Shown piece by piece: positions 34,681 to 48,599 of a stretch of 64,000 nt of DNA (the stretch's first letter is position 1; every line of letters starts with the position of its first letter). Source of the DNA: Octopus sinensis (taxonomy: Eukaryota); contig NC_043002.1 of assembly GCF_006345805.1 (NCBI RefSeq), positions 109,802,001 to 109,866,000 of the forward strand, written 5' to 3'. The position numbers and the translations under genes are program-made. A model generated the notes under the pieces. The model made no database searches. It was given only the letters and a program-made list of their open reading frames with translations, and was not told the DNA's origin.

Positions 34681-35878
34681 CGGGAAGCTTTATGAAAATA
34701 GACAAAAGACGAAGGCAGGTTTACGGAAATAAACAAAAGACGAAGGCAGGTGGAATACAAACAAACAATTGTATTAGTATGGCGCTCAGGAAATATAAAT
34801 GAAATGGAAGTATGGCTTTTCAGATAGGAAAAATTAAGTTTGAGCAGTCTACGAGAATCGAACCAGTTATCTGTCTTACAGCATTAGTGATTACACCAAA
34901 AGGCCTGAAGTTTATTTATTTATTTATTTATTTATGTATTTATTTTTGTTTGGCTAGTCTATTACATCAACCCCATGTCATGTTCGACTGGTTTTATTTC
35001 GAAAGGCAATGTCGACCTCGGCGGCATTTGAAGTCTGAACGTAGAACCGAAAGAAATGCTGCCAAGCATTTTGTCCGGCAGCTAACGATTCTGCAAGCTT
35101 GCCGCCTTATACTGAGCATGATAATAATAACACCTTGGATGTAGGCGAAGAATTCCTGAATAGTTCCTCTGAATGTACAGCGGTTCTATTTGAACCAAAG
35201 GTAGATGGGCAAATCTCCTTAAAGGGAAACTTTAGATGGACATTTATGATACCAGAAGAAAGTTATGCATGCGTATATACATACATATACCACCAACAAG
35301 AGATTACCGATAAAATTGAGAGGAACAGTAATCTTTCCTGGCGATTCACATCCCATCTGGAAGAATGAATTTTTGCTATTCAAGAATATGATATAGTTTG
35401 TTTCTAAATACTTGTTCAATTACAGGGACAAGGTTGCCCTTAAACCTCCACGTTGAGACAGAAAATATCTTTGTGCTATACTAGCGAGGAAGATATCAAC
35501 CACGTCATCAACAGCCGCCCCAAAATGCTCTCAAAAATTGCCTTCCCATGAAGCTTGACATTGTTACCAAACCCATGTACAATGTTATCCGGAATGAAGG
35601 TTGTCCAGACGGTCGTAGCAAAACACACCAGAACCAGGATGTTTCCACATATTTCAAAATATGAATTACAAGTGAAATATTCCGACGATAAACAGCAACC
35701 CCGTGCAAGAACAAAAGACCTGATAAAGTTGGGACAGAGAATAAAGTCAGCCACTGTTGCAGTGATTGCCTACTCAACGGATGTGAACCTCCTATAAGTC
35801 AGATGGACTCTACTTCACTGTATTACGGTTTTACAGCTTGTTAGATTGTACTTGACAACGCTACTTATCTACTGTTAA

Positions 35879-36289
35879 GTCGGTGAGCTGGCAGAATCGT
35901 TAGCACGCTGGACGAAATGCTTAGCGGTATTTCGTCTGCCGTTACGTTGTGAGTTCAAATTCCGCCAAGGTCGACTTTGCCTTTCATCCTTTCGGGGTCG
36001 ATAAATTAAGTACCAGTTACGCAGTGGGGTCGATATAATCGTCTTAATCCGTTTGTCTGCCCTTGTTTGTCCTCTCTGTGTTTAGCCCCTTGCGGGTAGT
36101 AAAGAAATAGGTATTTCGTCTGCCGTTACGTTCTGAGTTCAAATTCCGCCGAGGTCGACTTTGCCTTTCATCCTTTCGGGGTCGAGTAAATAAGTACCAG
36201 TTATGCACTTGGGTCGATGTAATCGACTTAATCCCTATGTCTTTCCTTTTTTTGTCCCCTCTATGTTTAGCCCCCTGTGGGCAATAAAG
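35879..36289 (+). mobile_element. SINE family C, dimer
   Basis: Junction aaagaaata|ggtatttcgtc at 36109/36110. Confidence 0.85.
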
Positions 36290-37678
36290 TCACAAATACA
36301 AAAGAATAATGAATATAACGCATCCTTATTTTTTACAAACGATAAACAGATCTAATAGTTTTCAGTAATTATCCAAAACCGCCATTAAGAGAGGCATAAC
36401 TCCGCATAAACATAATTGGAGTAATTATATATGACGAATAACAAATGTCTCGTGTACTTCTTTTTGTCCAACTCCACCAGAGATTCATCATGCCTTTTTC
36501 ACACTGAATGCTTTGTGTCTCAACCGGCATTGTCCAGTTCATCACTCTACTATCATTATGAAATACTGTCGTTTCTTTAGATCTTCATTTCCTGGGAATT
36601 GTCGAAGCGTACTAATATTGTTTTAATCCTCGCTGCTTCGCATGTTTATAATATTTTATTATTGACTCAACTCGAATTAGCAAATAATTTGTTTGCTAAA
36701 TTCTAGAAACAAGAGCGACCAGCCTTGCTTAGATTCAGAGATCCGGGAAGTATCTTTGACTGGAGATACAATAATGCCAAAAACACCGGTGTCTTAGAAT
36801 CTCCCGACGTTGCTCAACTGAGTGAGTCTTTAACACACTGTCTGAAGGAAGAAGTTGTTCTCTCAAGACAACATACAACAGCAATTAGCGTACACACGTT
36901 CAAAGTGACTGGAATTAATATGTATGTACGTCATCTTTTTTAGTGTGGCAGTTTTATGGATAATTTAATTTTCCTATTTTGCGAAGTAAAACACTTTTAC
37001 CTTTACTGTGACCAAGATAAAAAAATGTCCCTTTCGTGAGGCAGTAAACAGTATGCAAAGAATTTGAGTCACCTGTTATCTTTTATTATTTTTATATTTC
37101 TGCAAAGTTTTGCATAATAAATCTTTATTCTCATTTCACATTGAAACAAACGTCCAGTTAAAAAGTGAAAGTGGTTACCTTGAGAAAAAAAGGATATATC
37201 TTGGCGAATAATTTAAGATTTATTTCTTGTGTGTTTAAAAATGGATCTAATATCATTAAATGATTGTTATAATCCATCATTATGCATTACAAATGACAAT
37301 AATAATATTTCTTTAAAATAGAAATATTATTTCTAAATCTCTCAGAGACATTCAGTAACAGTTCTTTAAAGTAAAGGTCATTTGCCACCATAATGTGACT
37401 GACCTGAAAGGGACGATATTACTGTTGCTTTAGCCGCAAGAACATCGTTTCTAGCTGGCTATGCGACACACTGTGTCCTTATATTTTCGAACAGGGAGCT
37501 CAGCATTCCCATCAAGCGCAAAGCAAATTCTGTGGACTAGTTTCTGGGTTATTGCTCTTTATCAACACAGAGCAGCTGCTTCGACCAGATGGCGTAGCTG
37601 AATTCACCATTCGAACATATGCTTTCCAAAGTGACACACAGCCACTGATCATAAAATAGAAATATTATTATTACTAAA

Positions 37679-38190
37679 CTAGCAGTATCACCCGGCGTTG
37701 CTCGGGTTTGTAAGGGAAATAACTATATAAGCATTTTTAGAGAGTTACTTCCCTTATAGATCCAATTCGGGCTTCTTAGAGCCATTTCTGTTTTTGGTGT
37801 CTTCAAGCCATGAAGTCGTTGTTCTAAAAGAACGCTGGTCTCCTTGACAACGCTTTACGACGTTGATTTCCTTACACTCCCTTCCCCACAGCTTCACGAG
37901 GGAGGGAAGAAGGGAGAAGCAAACAGGTGCAGCTGTGAGCGTGGACGCCAACTCCGCCGCCATCGACACACGAAAAATTATGCATTAAAATGGAATAACA
38001 AATGATGTTAAATTATTTTTAAAATCGTAGACTCATCGTAGACGCGCGCTAATAGCCAGACGGGCTCGATATGAATAACGACTATAAGATACCTGAATTT
38101 GGTTAAACTGCACCGCAAAATGTGGGAGTAGTTAGGAATCTAAATCGAAGGGGACAGACACTCACACAACTACAGTTTTATATATATAGA
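37679..38190 (-). mobile_element. Non-autonomous Helitron H1 with internal GC-rich module
   Basis: A|TC...CTAG|T on the minus strand. Confidence 0.85.
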
Positions 38191-38993
38191 TGTCTCAAAG
38201 AGAGACATTCAGTAACAGTTCTTTAAAGTATTCCATGATTAGGAAATTTATGAAAAGCTCTAGGAAATACCATGTTTTGCACTGTGAATTTCATTCGAAA
38301 AAATTATGACATTAAACATTGTGTTCTCATTTTACATTTAAATAAGTTTCACCGTGGAACGAAATCAAAGACTCGAAGCAACAAGAGAAACACTAACATT
38401 GATGCAGAAAGAATAAGCCGAAAGAGAAAGAATTCTTTATAATATTTGGCACAACACCCGCAATTTTGAGGGGAGGGGGAAGTCAATAACATCGACTGAC
38501 ACGTATTTTATCAACCCCGAAAGGATGAAAGGAAAAGTCGACATTTAAACACCGGATTTAAAGAGCCGGAAGACACAAAAAACGAGATGATAGAAAGGAT
38601 GGAAAGGACAAAGACAAGAAATAAGAGAAAATTTATGAGAAAAGTAATGGAAAGAAAAGTCGACATTTCTGAATATGTTGACATGGGAGGTGGTGGATCA
38701 AAGAGAAAAACCACTTGATGCGAAGAGAGGACATGGGGGATGAACGGATTGTGTGCGACCACATCTTAAGAAAGAAGGAGGACGAAATAATATGAAGAAC
38801 AGCGGACTGAATGTCAATAAGAGGAATCAAGTTCTGCGAGACAATACAAACGAACGGCGCCAGCTTTATTTGGTAAATGTCCAAACAAGAAGAAAACATC
38901 AGGTTTGGTGTTTCTGTTGTACAACAAATGAATGATCAAGTTAGAGTTGAACCATGCAACAGTGGAGAAATGAGACTCTTTGAGACTCGGAAA

Positions 38994-39390
38994 TCTTTAC
39001 ATATAAAAGTGAAGTTGTGTGTCTGTCTCCTACGATTTAGATTCCTAACTACTCCCACATTTTGCGGTGCAGTTTAACCAAAACCGGGTATCTTATAGTC
39101 GTGATTCATATCGAGCCCTTCTGGGTATTAGCGCGCGTCTACGATGAGTCTACGATTAAAAAAAAAATTCCCATCATTTTTTTCCATTTTAATGCATTTT
39201 TTTCGCTATTATATAAGGGAAGTAACTCTCTAAAAATGTCTACGATGAGTCAACGATTTTTAAAAAATTTACCATCATTTTTTTTTCCATTTTTAATGCA
39301 TTTTTTGCTATTTTTTGGCTATAACTCTCTAAAAATAGTTATATAGTTATTTCCCTTACAAACCCGAGCAACGCCGGGCGATACTGCTAG
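38994..39390 (+). mobile_element. Non-autonomous Helitron H1, short form
   Basis: A|TC...CTAG|T. Confidence 0.85.
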
Positions 39391-40041
39391 TTAAAATCTA
39401 AATTATTGTCATAATAATAAATGTGACCACCTCTTAGGAAGACTTATCATGATTAATTGAAATTAATATTTAATGACAATAATAAAAGAAGAAATATTTT
39501 CCAGAATATTCGATATTACTGTTGTGTAGTTTATTGTGTTACATTATATTTGTTTCAGTTGTGTAGTTTGTAAAACTTACCACACCTGAAGGGAAGTGAT
39601 GTACAGGTGTGCGGCATGTACCTGTTTACTTGTATGACATGTTAGGCCCACACAACTCTACAATCTGAAGGGTGCTAGTGATCCCGAGAGGAAGGATTCA
39701 AGATCGAATGTCGATGGTTAAATACTCGTCTGTCGACCTAGTATGTACGGCTTCCTATTAGAAAGGTATCTCTGCACTATATAGCCGTCGGTGGGAAGGC
39801 CAGTAACGGCGCGCATTCTCTCCTGAGAGCCCTTGAAACCTATCAGCGTCCGGTAGGTGGAACACTCGATTGGCAGCAGTTGTACAAATCTCTAATTTTA
39901 GAATTCAAATTCAATCTGTAATCGGTAAATGAATGCCAAAACATTTGACCCCCTTTGCATAAGCGAGGCTAACGAAGCTTTAAAACACCAGACGAAATCA
40001 TCTCAAAATTGGAAAATGTTTACTATATGCCATGAGAACAA

Positions 40042-40141
40042 NNNNNNNNNNNNNNNNNNNNNNNNNNNNNNNNNNNNNNNNNNNNNNNNNNNNNNNNNNN
40101 NNNNNNNNNNNNNNNNNNNNNNNNNNNNNNNNNNNNNNNNN
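40042..40141. other. Assembly gap (100 N)
   Basis: Run of exactly 100 N. Confidence 1.
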
Positions 40142-40226
40142 ATGTGTGTGTGTGTGCGTGTGTGTGTGTGTGTGGTGTGTGTGTTGTGTGGGTGTGTGTG
40201 TGTGTATATATATATTATATATTGTG

Positions 40227-40257
<31 letters not shown>

Positions 40258-40586
40258 ACCTATATATATTATATATATGTATGTACCTATATATATTATA
40301 TATATATACCTATTATTATATATATATATATATATATATACTTAACATGCATGCGTAGATTGAGAGAAGTGTATACATATAGTCATTCTTACAAATATAC
40401 ATATGTTTTTGTAGAGAAAATGCCAAACATTCACAGGAGGCCCAATGAGAATTAAACACACACACACACACACACACACGCACAGATAGATGCATGCATT
40501 TATCTATATCCACACACTCAGACAGGCAGCCAGAGTGTGAGACCGACGCACAGACAGTGAAGCATGCATGCAATGCTGTGCCACAG

Positions 40587-40640
<54 letters not shown>

Positions 40641-41108
40641 ATAGAAGGGCAGTTGTCCAGTTTTCGAACTGACTCACTAACAGAAAATCTAATGCGAAAC
40701 TATTCACGTCTTCTGTGAAACGAACGGAAAACCCGTTCCGTACAATTCTCTTTTTGTTCAATGACGTCACACACGGTTCTGTGTGCAACTTCTCATCGAG
40801 TTTCTGTCGGTGCCTGTTGGTTGCTTGCTTCTTATTGCTGGCTTCTGTTGCTGCTGCTGTTGTTGTTGTTATTGCTGTTGCTGCTTTTTACGCACTCAGG
40901 TAGCACTAATAGAGCAGGTTTATGATCAAAGACGTTCTATCCATGGCCATCTTGTTTATCTTTTTGTTTTGTTTTTCATTCCTTAGACAAGGTGTATTAT
41001 TGTATCTTTCGTTTTACAAGTCGGCAGATGGCGAAGTGTCGGAGATTAACCTGTTATTTCCAGCAGATTCAACAATCTTTGATCAAAGACGTTCTAGACC
41101 CTCATATC

Positions 41109-41494
41109 GTGGAGGCGCAATGGCCCAGTGGTTAGGGCAGCGGACTCGCGGTCATAGGATCGCGGTTTCGATTCCCAGACCGGGCGTTGTGAGTGTTTAT
41201 TGAGCGAAAACACCTAAAAGCTCCACGAGGCTCCGGCAGGGGGTGGTGGTGATCCCTGCTGTACTCTTTCACCACAACTTTCTCTCACTCTTACTTCCTG
41301 TTTCTGTTGTACCTGTATTTCAAAGGGCCGGCCTTGTCACTCTCTGTGTCACGCTGAATATCCCCGAGAACTACGTTACGGGTACACGTGTCTGTGGAGT
41401 GCTCAGTCACTTACACGTTAATTTCACGAGCAAGCTGTTCCGTTGATTCGGATCAACCGGAACCCTCGTCGTCATAACCGACGGAGTGCTTCCA
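41109..41494 (+). mobile_element. SINE family B, full length with TSD
   Basis: TSD agaccctcat at 41096-41105 and 41497-41506. Confidence 0.9.
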
Positions 41495-41613
41495 CCAGAC
41501 CCTCATGTCAATTATTTTGTAGGAGATGGTTGGTGTGTAGATGATGATGATATGTGGTAGTGATGGTGGGAGTGGGGGTGATTTTGGGGGTCGAGGGTGT
41601 AGTTGACTTTGCT

Positions 41614-42162
41614 AAGGTGGCGAGCTGGCAGAAACGTTAGCACGCCGGGAGAAATGCTTAGCGGTATTTCGTCTGTCTTTACGTTCTGAGTTCAAATGCC
41701 GCCGAGGTCGACTTTGCCTTTCATCCTTTCGGGTCGATAAATTAAGTACCAGTTACGCACTGGGGTCGATGTAATCGACTTAATACCTATGTCTGTCCTT
41801 GTTTAGCCCCTTGTGGGTAATAAAGAAATAGGTATTTCGTTTGTCTTTACGTTCTGAGTTCAAATTCCGCCGAGGTCGACTTTGCCTTTCATCCTTTCGG
41901 GGTCGATTAAATAAGTACCAGTTACGCACTGGGTCGATATAATCGACTTAATCCGTTTGTCTATCCATGTTTGTTCTCTCTGTGTTTAGCCCCTTGTGGG
42001 TAGTAAAGAAATAGGTATTTCGTCTGTCTTTACGTTCTGAGTTCAAATTCCGTCGAGGTCGACTTTGCTTTTCATCATTTCGGGTTCAATAAATTAAGTA
42101 CCAGTTACGCACTGGGGTCGATGTAATCGACGTAATCCGTTTGTTCCTTCTATGTTTAGCTC
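41614..42162 (+). mobile_element. SINE family C, trimer
   Basis: Junctions at 41830/41831 and 42013/42014; unit 183 bp. Confidence 0.85.
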
Positions 42163-42923
42163 AAACAAATACGATAGCTTTGCTTGTGGTGGGTGATATT
42201 TGTGATAGTGATGTTGGGTGGTTTTGTGGATGTGATGGGGATGATGATGTTGGCGGTGGTGGTGGTGGTGGCTAATGATATTGGTTGGTAGCAAGAACCC
42301 TAGAAATTATCAATTACCCGTGAGCCGGGCGATTGAACTTATGCCGCCAGATAAATAGGTTCGGGTGTTTTAAACTGTGTTAGAAAATACAGAATGAAGA
42401 CATGACTCAAGAATGCAAGAATGTCAAAAGCTGAGTGGTGCCATACGGATGCAGGGTGCGGGTTTGTTTTGTACAAAATGTATGACTAATCACACAATGT
42501 CACTTTATAAGATGACACTCATGACAAACAGCTTGGTCACGTGAGCATAAAATCAACAACAATAACATCAACGATGACAATAACAACAATAAGAAGAAGA
42601 GAAGAGCTTTCGTCATAGCCTGGAATTTGAAGACGCCAAATTATTTACATGGGCAAGAAACGTGCCTCAATGAAAACATCTAGAACATTCCTGACGCCAT
42701 TAATCTATGTCTTAATTAGCATCATATTATCATAATGAGAACTGTAATTATAACTTATTGACACCAAGTATTTTATTACAATATTTCGCAGAAATTAAGG
42801 CCCATTGTAGCGTTCAACAATGTCTGACATCAGTGAAGAAGAATAAAGCACTCAGCCCACTTGAGGTTTGTTGTCAAAATTCCGGTAAGAATGAAATGTC
42901 AGTATATAGGCAACATTTGAAAT

Positions 42924-42975
<52 letters not shown>

Positions 42976-43060
42976 CTATCTATCTATTATCTATCATCTA
43001 TCTATCTATATATCTATCCGCACACATATATAACATACATGCAAATATTACATTTATATA

Positions 43061-43105
<45 letters not shown>

Positions 43106-43338
43106 ATATATATATATAACATTACATTTATATATATATATATAACATTACATTTATACCCAACAGTACCCCCAGATAGCGAACGAAGATCAATTTCAGT
43201 AAGTCCCAAAATCTCGTTTTTCACCATAAGTTCTCGGGGTTACGATATATCTATATATATCTCTATATATACCTACATATATATGTGTGTGTGTGTCTGT
43301 GTGGCCATGTATGTATATATATATATATATACATGCGT

Positions 43339-43372
<34 letters not shown>

Positions 43373-43829
43373 TACTCTGTGCAGAGAAAGCCATTGACTG
43401 GTTGTTGTATAGTGAGTGACAACGATGATGATTATGATGATGATGATGATGGCAATATTAATTATATTTGCAAAGCGAGCTGGTAGAATTCATTTCACGC
43501 CGGGCAAAAATGCTTACTTTTGACTTCAAATTCTGCCGAGGTCGACCTTGTCTTTTATCGTTTACGGGGTCGATAAAATAAACCAGTCGAGCACTGAGTC
43601 GATGGAATCGATTTTCCCTCTCTCGAAATTGCTGGCCTTGTGCCCAAATTTAGAACGAATATTAATTTTATTGGTAAAAGCGGCCAGGTAGCCAAATCGT
43701 TTGGGTTACTAACATAACAGGCAACGTCCCAATAGGACCTGAGTTAAAAACTTTGTCTCTCATTGATCCTTTCTACTAAAGGCACGAGGCCTGAAATTTT
43801 GGGGGTGGGGGCTAGTCGATTATATTGGA

Positions 43830-44214
43830 TGGAAGCACTCCGTCGGTTACGACGACGAGGGTTCCGGTTGATCCGATCAACGGAACAGCCTGCTCGTGAA
43901 ATTAACGTGTAAGTGGCTGAGCATTCCACAGACACGTGTACCCTTAACGTAGTTCTCAGGGATATTCAGCGTGACACAGAGAGTGACAAGGCCGGCCCCT
44001 TGAAATACAGGTAGAAGAGAAACAGGAAGTAAGAGTGAGAGAAAGTTGTGGTGAAAGAGTACAGCAGGGATCACCACCATCCCTGCCGGAGCCTCGTGGA
44101 GCTTTTTAGGTGTTTTCGCTCAATAAACACTCACAACGCCCGGTCTGGGAATCAAAACCGCGATCCTACGACCGCGAGTCCGCTGCCCTAGCCACTGGGC
44201 CATTGCGCCTCCAC
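43830..44214 (-). mobile_element. SINE family B inserted into a family C copy
   Basis: TSD cgattatattg at 43817-43827 and 44215-44225; family C sequence continues on both sides (~43780-44380). Confidence 0.9.
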
Positions 44215-45029
44215 CGATTATATTGACCCCAGTGCAGAACTGGTACTTATTTCATCGAACCCGAAATGTTGAAAAGCAAAGTCGATCTCGGCGGAATTTG
44301 AATTCAAAACGTAACGACGGGCGAAAACACCGCTAAGCTTTTCGCCCAGCGTTTAAACGATTCCGCCAGCTCGCCGCCTTCTTGTCTGTGATTAGTGATT
44401 AAAAGAAGGACACGTAAGAATTTAGGGCCTGGATTTTTTTGCTGCACTTCTCCCGTAGAGTGTGGTCTTACACAAATATCGTTTTATCTGTTTGAAAGGC
44501 TATAGTAGAAGACATTTGCCGAAGGTGACATGCAGTGGGACTGAACCCGGAACCTTGTGATTGGGAAGCGAGCTACTTAACACACAGACACGCCTGCACC
44601 TATGCGAATAAAAAAACATGTATTAAAGAAAAAATGGAAAAAATAGAGAAAAATGAAAGATCTTCCCCGATTCCATTTATATACACTCGTGTTATACACC
44701 AAATCTGAGTAACCCCTCCCCTCAAAAAAGTGTAAAGAACAAAAGAAGGAAAACAAGTAAGTACATTAAGAAACAAGGTGTGGATGGAATATAACACACG
44801 TGACGACACGAGATAAAACGAGATTTAAGGAGAAAGATAAAAGGAGTCAAAAGAGACTGTACAGCGTTTGTCCATGTTTCAAATAGTTTAGCGTTTATCT
44901 CGAAAATAGATTTCTTGTAGAATGGTGGTGATGATTGCTTGGAAAGGGACGGTACTTAGCAGGCGTTGTATCGATGGTATTTGTCGGTCTGTAGATGGAG
45001 TAGGGGTTACATGGAAGTACGTGTGCAAT

Positions 45030-45073
<44 letters not shown>

Positions 45074-45274
45074 ATATGTGTGTGTGTGTGTAATTTGTAC
45101 AGGATGAGATTCACGTCGATTTTGGTCATGCTAATCTAGGAAGAATTCTGGTGTATCGTTAGGTAGGAGTACGTGTGTTGGAGAAAGCTTTCTTATCTTT
45201 AGTGGAAGGTGGGAGGCATGTTATAGCTCCATACTCATACACAGATATATATATAGGTATGCATATATGTATGA

Positions 45275-45305
<31 letters not shown>

Positions 45306-45832
45306 TACATACACACACACACACACACTCACACAGTTATAATTTGTTTTATATTTTGTTTTTAGCTTTTTACTGTTGGATTGAAGTTTCTACATCTATA
45401 TCCGAAGTTTCTAGACCTTCACAGCCTCATTATCAAAATTTGGATTCAATACATTTGAATTTCTTTCTGAGTTCAAATTCCGCCGAGGTCGACTTTGCTT
45501 TTCATCCTTTCGGGGGTTGTAAATTAAGTACCAGTTGCGTACTGAGGTTGCTCTAATCGACTGGCCTCCTCCTCTAAAACTTCGGGCCTTGTGCCTAGAG
45601 TAGAAAAGAATATATTTGGATTTCTGTTGTTTAATTTAGACGGACTGAATCCGTGTAGACTGCCCCATCAAAGGGTTCTTCAATTTTAAGCATTATGCCT
45701 CAGCAGTCACGTGTTCATTTACTTGACGCAGTCAAATTGTAAACGTTAGATAATAAGGGATTTAAAAAAAAATGTCAGTAGCTACATGTTAATGTTTTTA
45801 TGCGTGTGTTTGCGCGTTAACTCTAGCATTGT

Positions 45833-46216
45833 GGGAAGCACTCCGTCGGTTACGACGACGAGGGTTCCGGTTGATCCGAATCAACGGAACAGCCTGCTCG
45901 TGAAATTAACGTGTAAGTGGCTGAGCACTCCACAGACACGTGCACCCTTAACGTAGTTCTCGGGGATATTCAGCGTGACACAGAGAGTGACAAGGCCGGC
46001 CCTTTGAAATACAGGTACAACAGAAACAGGAAGTAAGAGTGAGAGAAAGTGTGGTGAAAGAGTACAGCAGGGATCACCACCATCCCTGCCGGAGCCTCGT
46101 GGAGCTTTTAGGTGTTTTCGCTCAATAAACACTCACGACGCCCGGTCTGGGAATCGAAACCGCGATCCTATGACCGCGAGTCCGCTGCCCTAACCACTAG
46201 GCCATTGCGCCTCCAC
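45833..46216 (-). mobile_element. SINE family B with TSD
   Basis: TSD tctagcattgt on both sides. Confidence 0.9.
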
Positions 46217-46395
46217 TCTAGCATTGTATTGCCATACGAGTCTGGTCTCCGTAATTAGTTTTCAATCTTTGGGTGAAAAATTTTATAAAATACTCAATAC
46301 AAGATGGCTGACTTTATATACCTATCTGCATACATGTCTATACTCTCTTTATTTTAATTATTTGAATTCTTTTTTAAAACAACGAACTTTTACGA

Positions 46396-46435
46396 TTAAA
46401 GAAGCAGCAACAGTGAAAAGATAAATGGTGTTGGA
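46396..46435 (-). CDS. Putative terminal coding exon of an unidentified host gene
   Basis: Acceptor ctcttctctag|T; encodes (S)PTPFIFSLLLLL*; AATAAA at 46348-46353 on the minus strand. Confidence 0.35.
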
Positions 46436-46623
46436 CTAGAGAAGAGTATTACGTAATTTTACGCAGTTAAAAGAGCTTTCTTCTGTTTTTTCTTTTTGCG
46501 AAGTGCATGTTAGCTGGCCACATTCCTTGCCTGAAAACCTCTACTTCTAGCGATGGCTAATTAGTCATTTCGTAAGAGAGTCATGTGCACCAGTAATCAT
46601 GTATATGAATTTGAATTTATAAC

Positions 46624-46776
46624 CTGGGTAGAGAAGCTGTTAGCTTCGAAGCAGTTGTATGTAAACATTCCGTTTCTCTTTCATAGAGATTTTGTAAGAA
46701 CTGTTCACATCTGCTGGGCAGCTGACGTTTATGACTATACATCATTTTCTTTCCCTCCCAAACAAATATATGTGGC
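46624..46776 (-). CDS. Putative internal exon (153 bp, phase 2-2)
   Basis: taacag|G acceptor, CAG|gttata donor, open frame RPHIFVWEGKKMMYSHKRQLPSRCEQFLQNLYERETECLHTTASKLTASLP. Confidence 0.5.
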
Positions 46777-46960
46777 CTGTTATGTTTGCACTTAGTGGAG
46801 GTTTTCATGGGAATGTTCCACTAACATTCCTTGTGTTAAAACGCATGTATGTTTTCACTACCGAATGTGTAATCTATATTTATCGTAGTCTACCCTTTCC
46901 CCCTGGCTCACTTTGTATATTGTTTTAGTAACAACATTATGTCACAATGAAAGGTTATAC

Positions 46961-47075
46961 CTCGACAACATGTCGGAGTAGAATGCTAATCTCAGGCTTA
47001 TATCTTCTGTAGACATTGTGACATAATCAACCATTTTGATCGCTTCTTGGGGGAAAGTATAACCAAATTCATATG
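46961..47075 (-). CDS. Putative internal exon (115 bp, phase 1-2)
   Basis: ctacaag|C acceptor, GAG|gtataa donor, open frame AYEFGYTFPQEAIKMVDYVTMSTEDISLRLAFYSDMLS; phase-compatible with 46624-46776. Confidence 0.5.
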
Positions 47076-47479
47076 CTTGTAGGTTATATGGTATATGTAA
47101 TATGCATGTATGTGTGTATGTACGATTGCGCATGAGTATATATATATATAATATATATATATATATAATATGCTCATGCCCATACATACATACACACATA
47201 CAAGCATATAACATATAACCTACAAGTATATATTACACATGCACATGAATGTGATATTGCGTGAATACATGTATTTGTGCACGTTTACGATTTGATGTGT
47301 ATGTACATGTATATGTACATATTATTATTATTATAATTATTATTATTATTATTATTGATATTAATATTATTATTCTTATTGTTATTAGTCGGCTGAAAAT
47401 ACAGTGTGATCAAAAGAAGAGTTTTTCATACGCCAATGCACGAAACTCTCGGCTCTTGAGACACACTGCAAAGTCCGCC

Positions 47480-47537
<58 letters not shown>

Positions 47538-47539
<2 letters not shown>

Positions 47540-48251
47540 AAAGAGTATATATCACACAAGAGCAAACGGATCCTGCAGAATGTGTGGGAAGCGGGTAGAA
47601 AGTGTGACTCACATTGTTAGTGCTTATGAAAGTCTTGCACAGAAAGAGTGCAAAGGTAGACACGACAAGGTAGCCCAAAACCTCCACTGGCTACTATGCC
47701 GGAAGTATGGATATGATTTTACGGATGTTTGGTACCAACATTTACCGGAAAAGGTAATGGACGAAAAGGGGAAGGCAAAAATCCTCCTGGCACTTTGACT
47801 TCCAGAAGACAAGATGTTAGAGCACTGAAGGCCGGATATAGTAACCTTTAGGATGAACAAACAGGAGTGCCTAAAAATCGACGTGGCAGTGCCAGGAGAC
47901 CCTCATATCATCATGAAAGAAAGAGAAAAGGTTGGTAAATATGGAGACCTGAGAATTGAGATCGATAAGATGTAGCAGCCACAAGAGTCAAACATAAAGG
48001 TTATCCCTATTGTCAGTGGAACTTTGAGTTCAATACCCCCCCACACACACACAATCTGAAGAAACATCTGAAAACTTTAGAAATACCCTACAATCTAGGT
48101 GTATAGCGTAATTCGGCATTACTGGGATCTGCACGGATATTTCGTAGGGTACTGTCTGTCTGGGGTCCTTGTTGTGACTTGACGGACAGTACACAATGTC
48201 TTCAATCAAGAACCTCGCCATATTGTACACTGTGCGATGTCTATGATGATG

Positions 48252-48252
<1 letters not shown>
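47538..48252 (+). pseudogene. R4/Dong-like LINE 3' relic flanked by (AAT)n
   Basis: CRMCGKRVESVTHI...RHDKVAQNLHWLLCRKYG...RPDIV...IDVAVPGD...KYGDLRIEI (zinc knuckle plus RLE); (AAT)n at 47481-47537 and 48252-48324. Confidence 0.8.
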
Positions 48253-48309
<57 letters not shown>

Positions 48310-48401
48310 TAATAATAATAATAACCAACAATTATTTATATAGATATATATGCATATTATAACAAACACTCACATTATACATACATACGTACGTACGCAC
48401 G

Positions 48402-48468
<67 letters not shown>

Positions 48469-48599
48469 TAGATAGATACATACATACATACATACATACA
48501 TACATACATACATACATACATACATACATACATACATACATACATAGACAGTCGATGCAGACTTTGTAGTTTTAAATCTGAAGATATCACCTACGTTAT

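Noticed and set aside
39929-40358. ORFs spanning the N gap
   Set aside because: Artefacts of unknown bases.
41614-42162. CRISPR-like array
   Set aside because: Units are ~183-bp whole repeats without unique spacers, in eukaryotic context with no cas genes.
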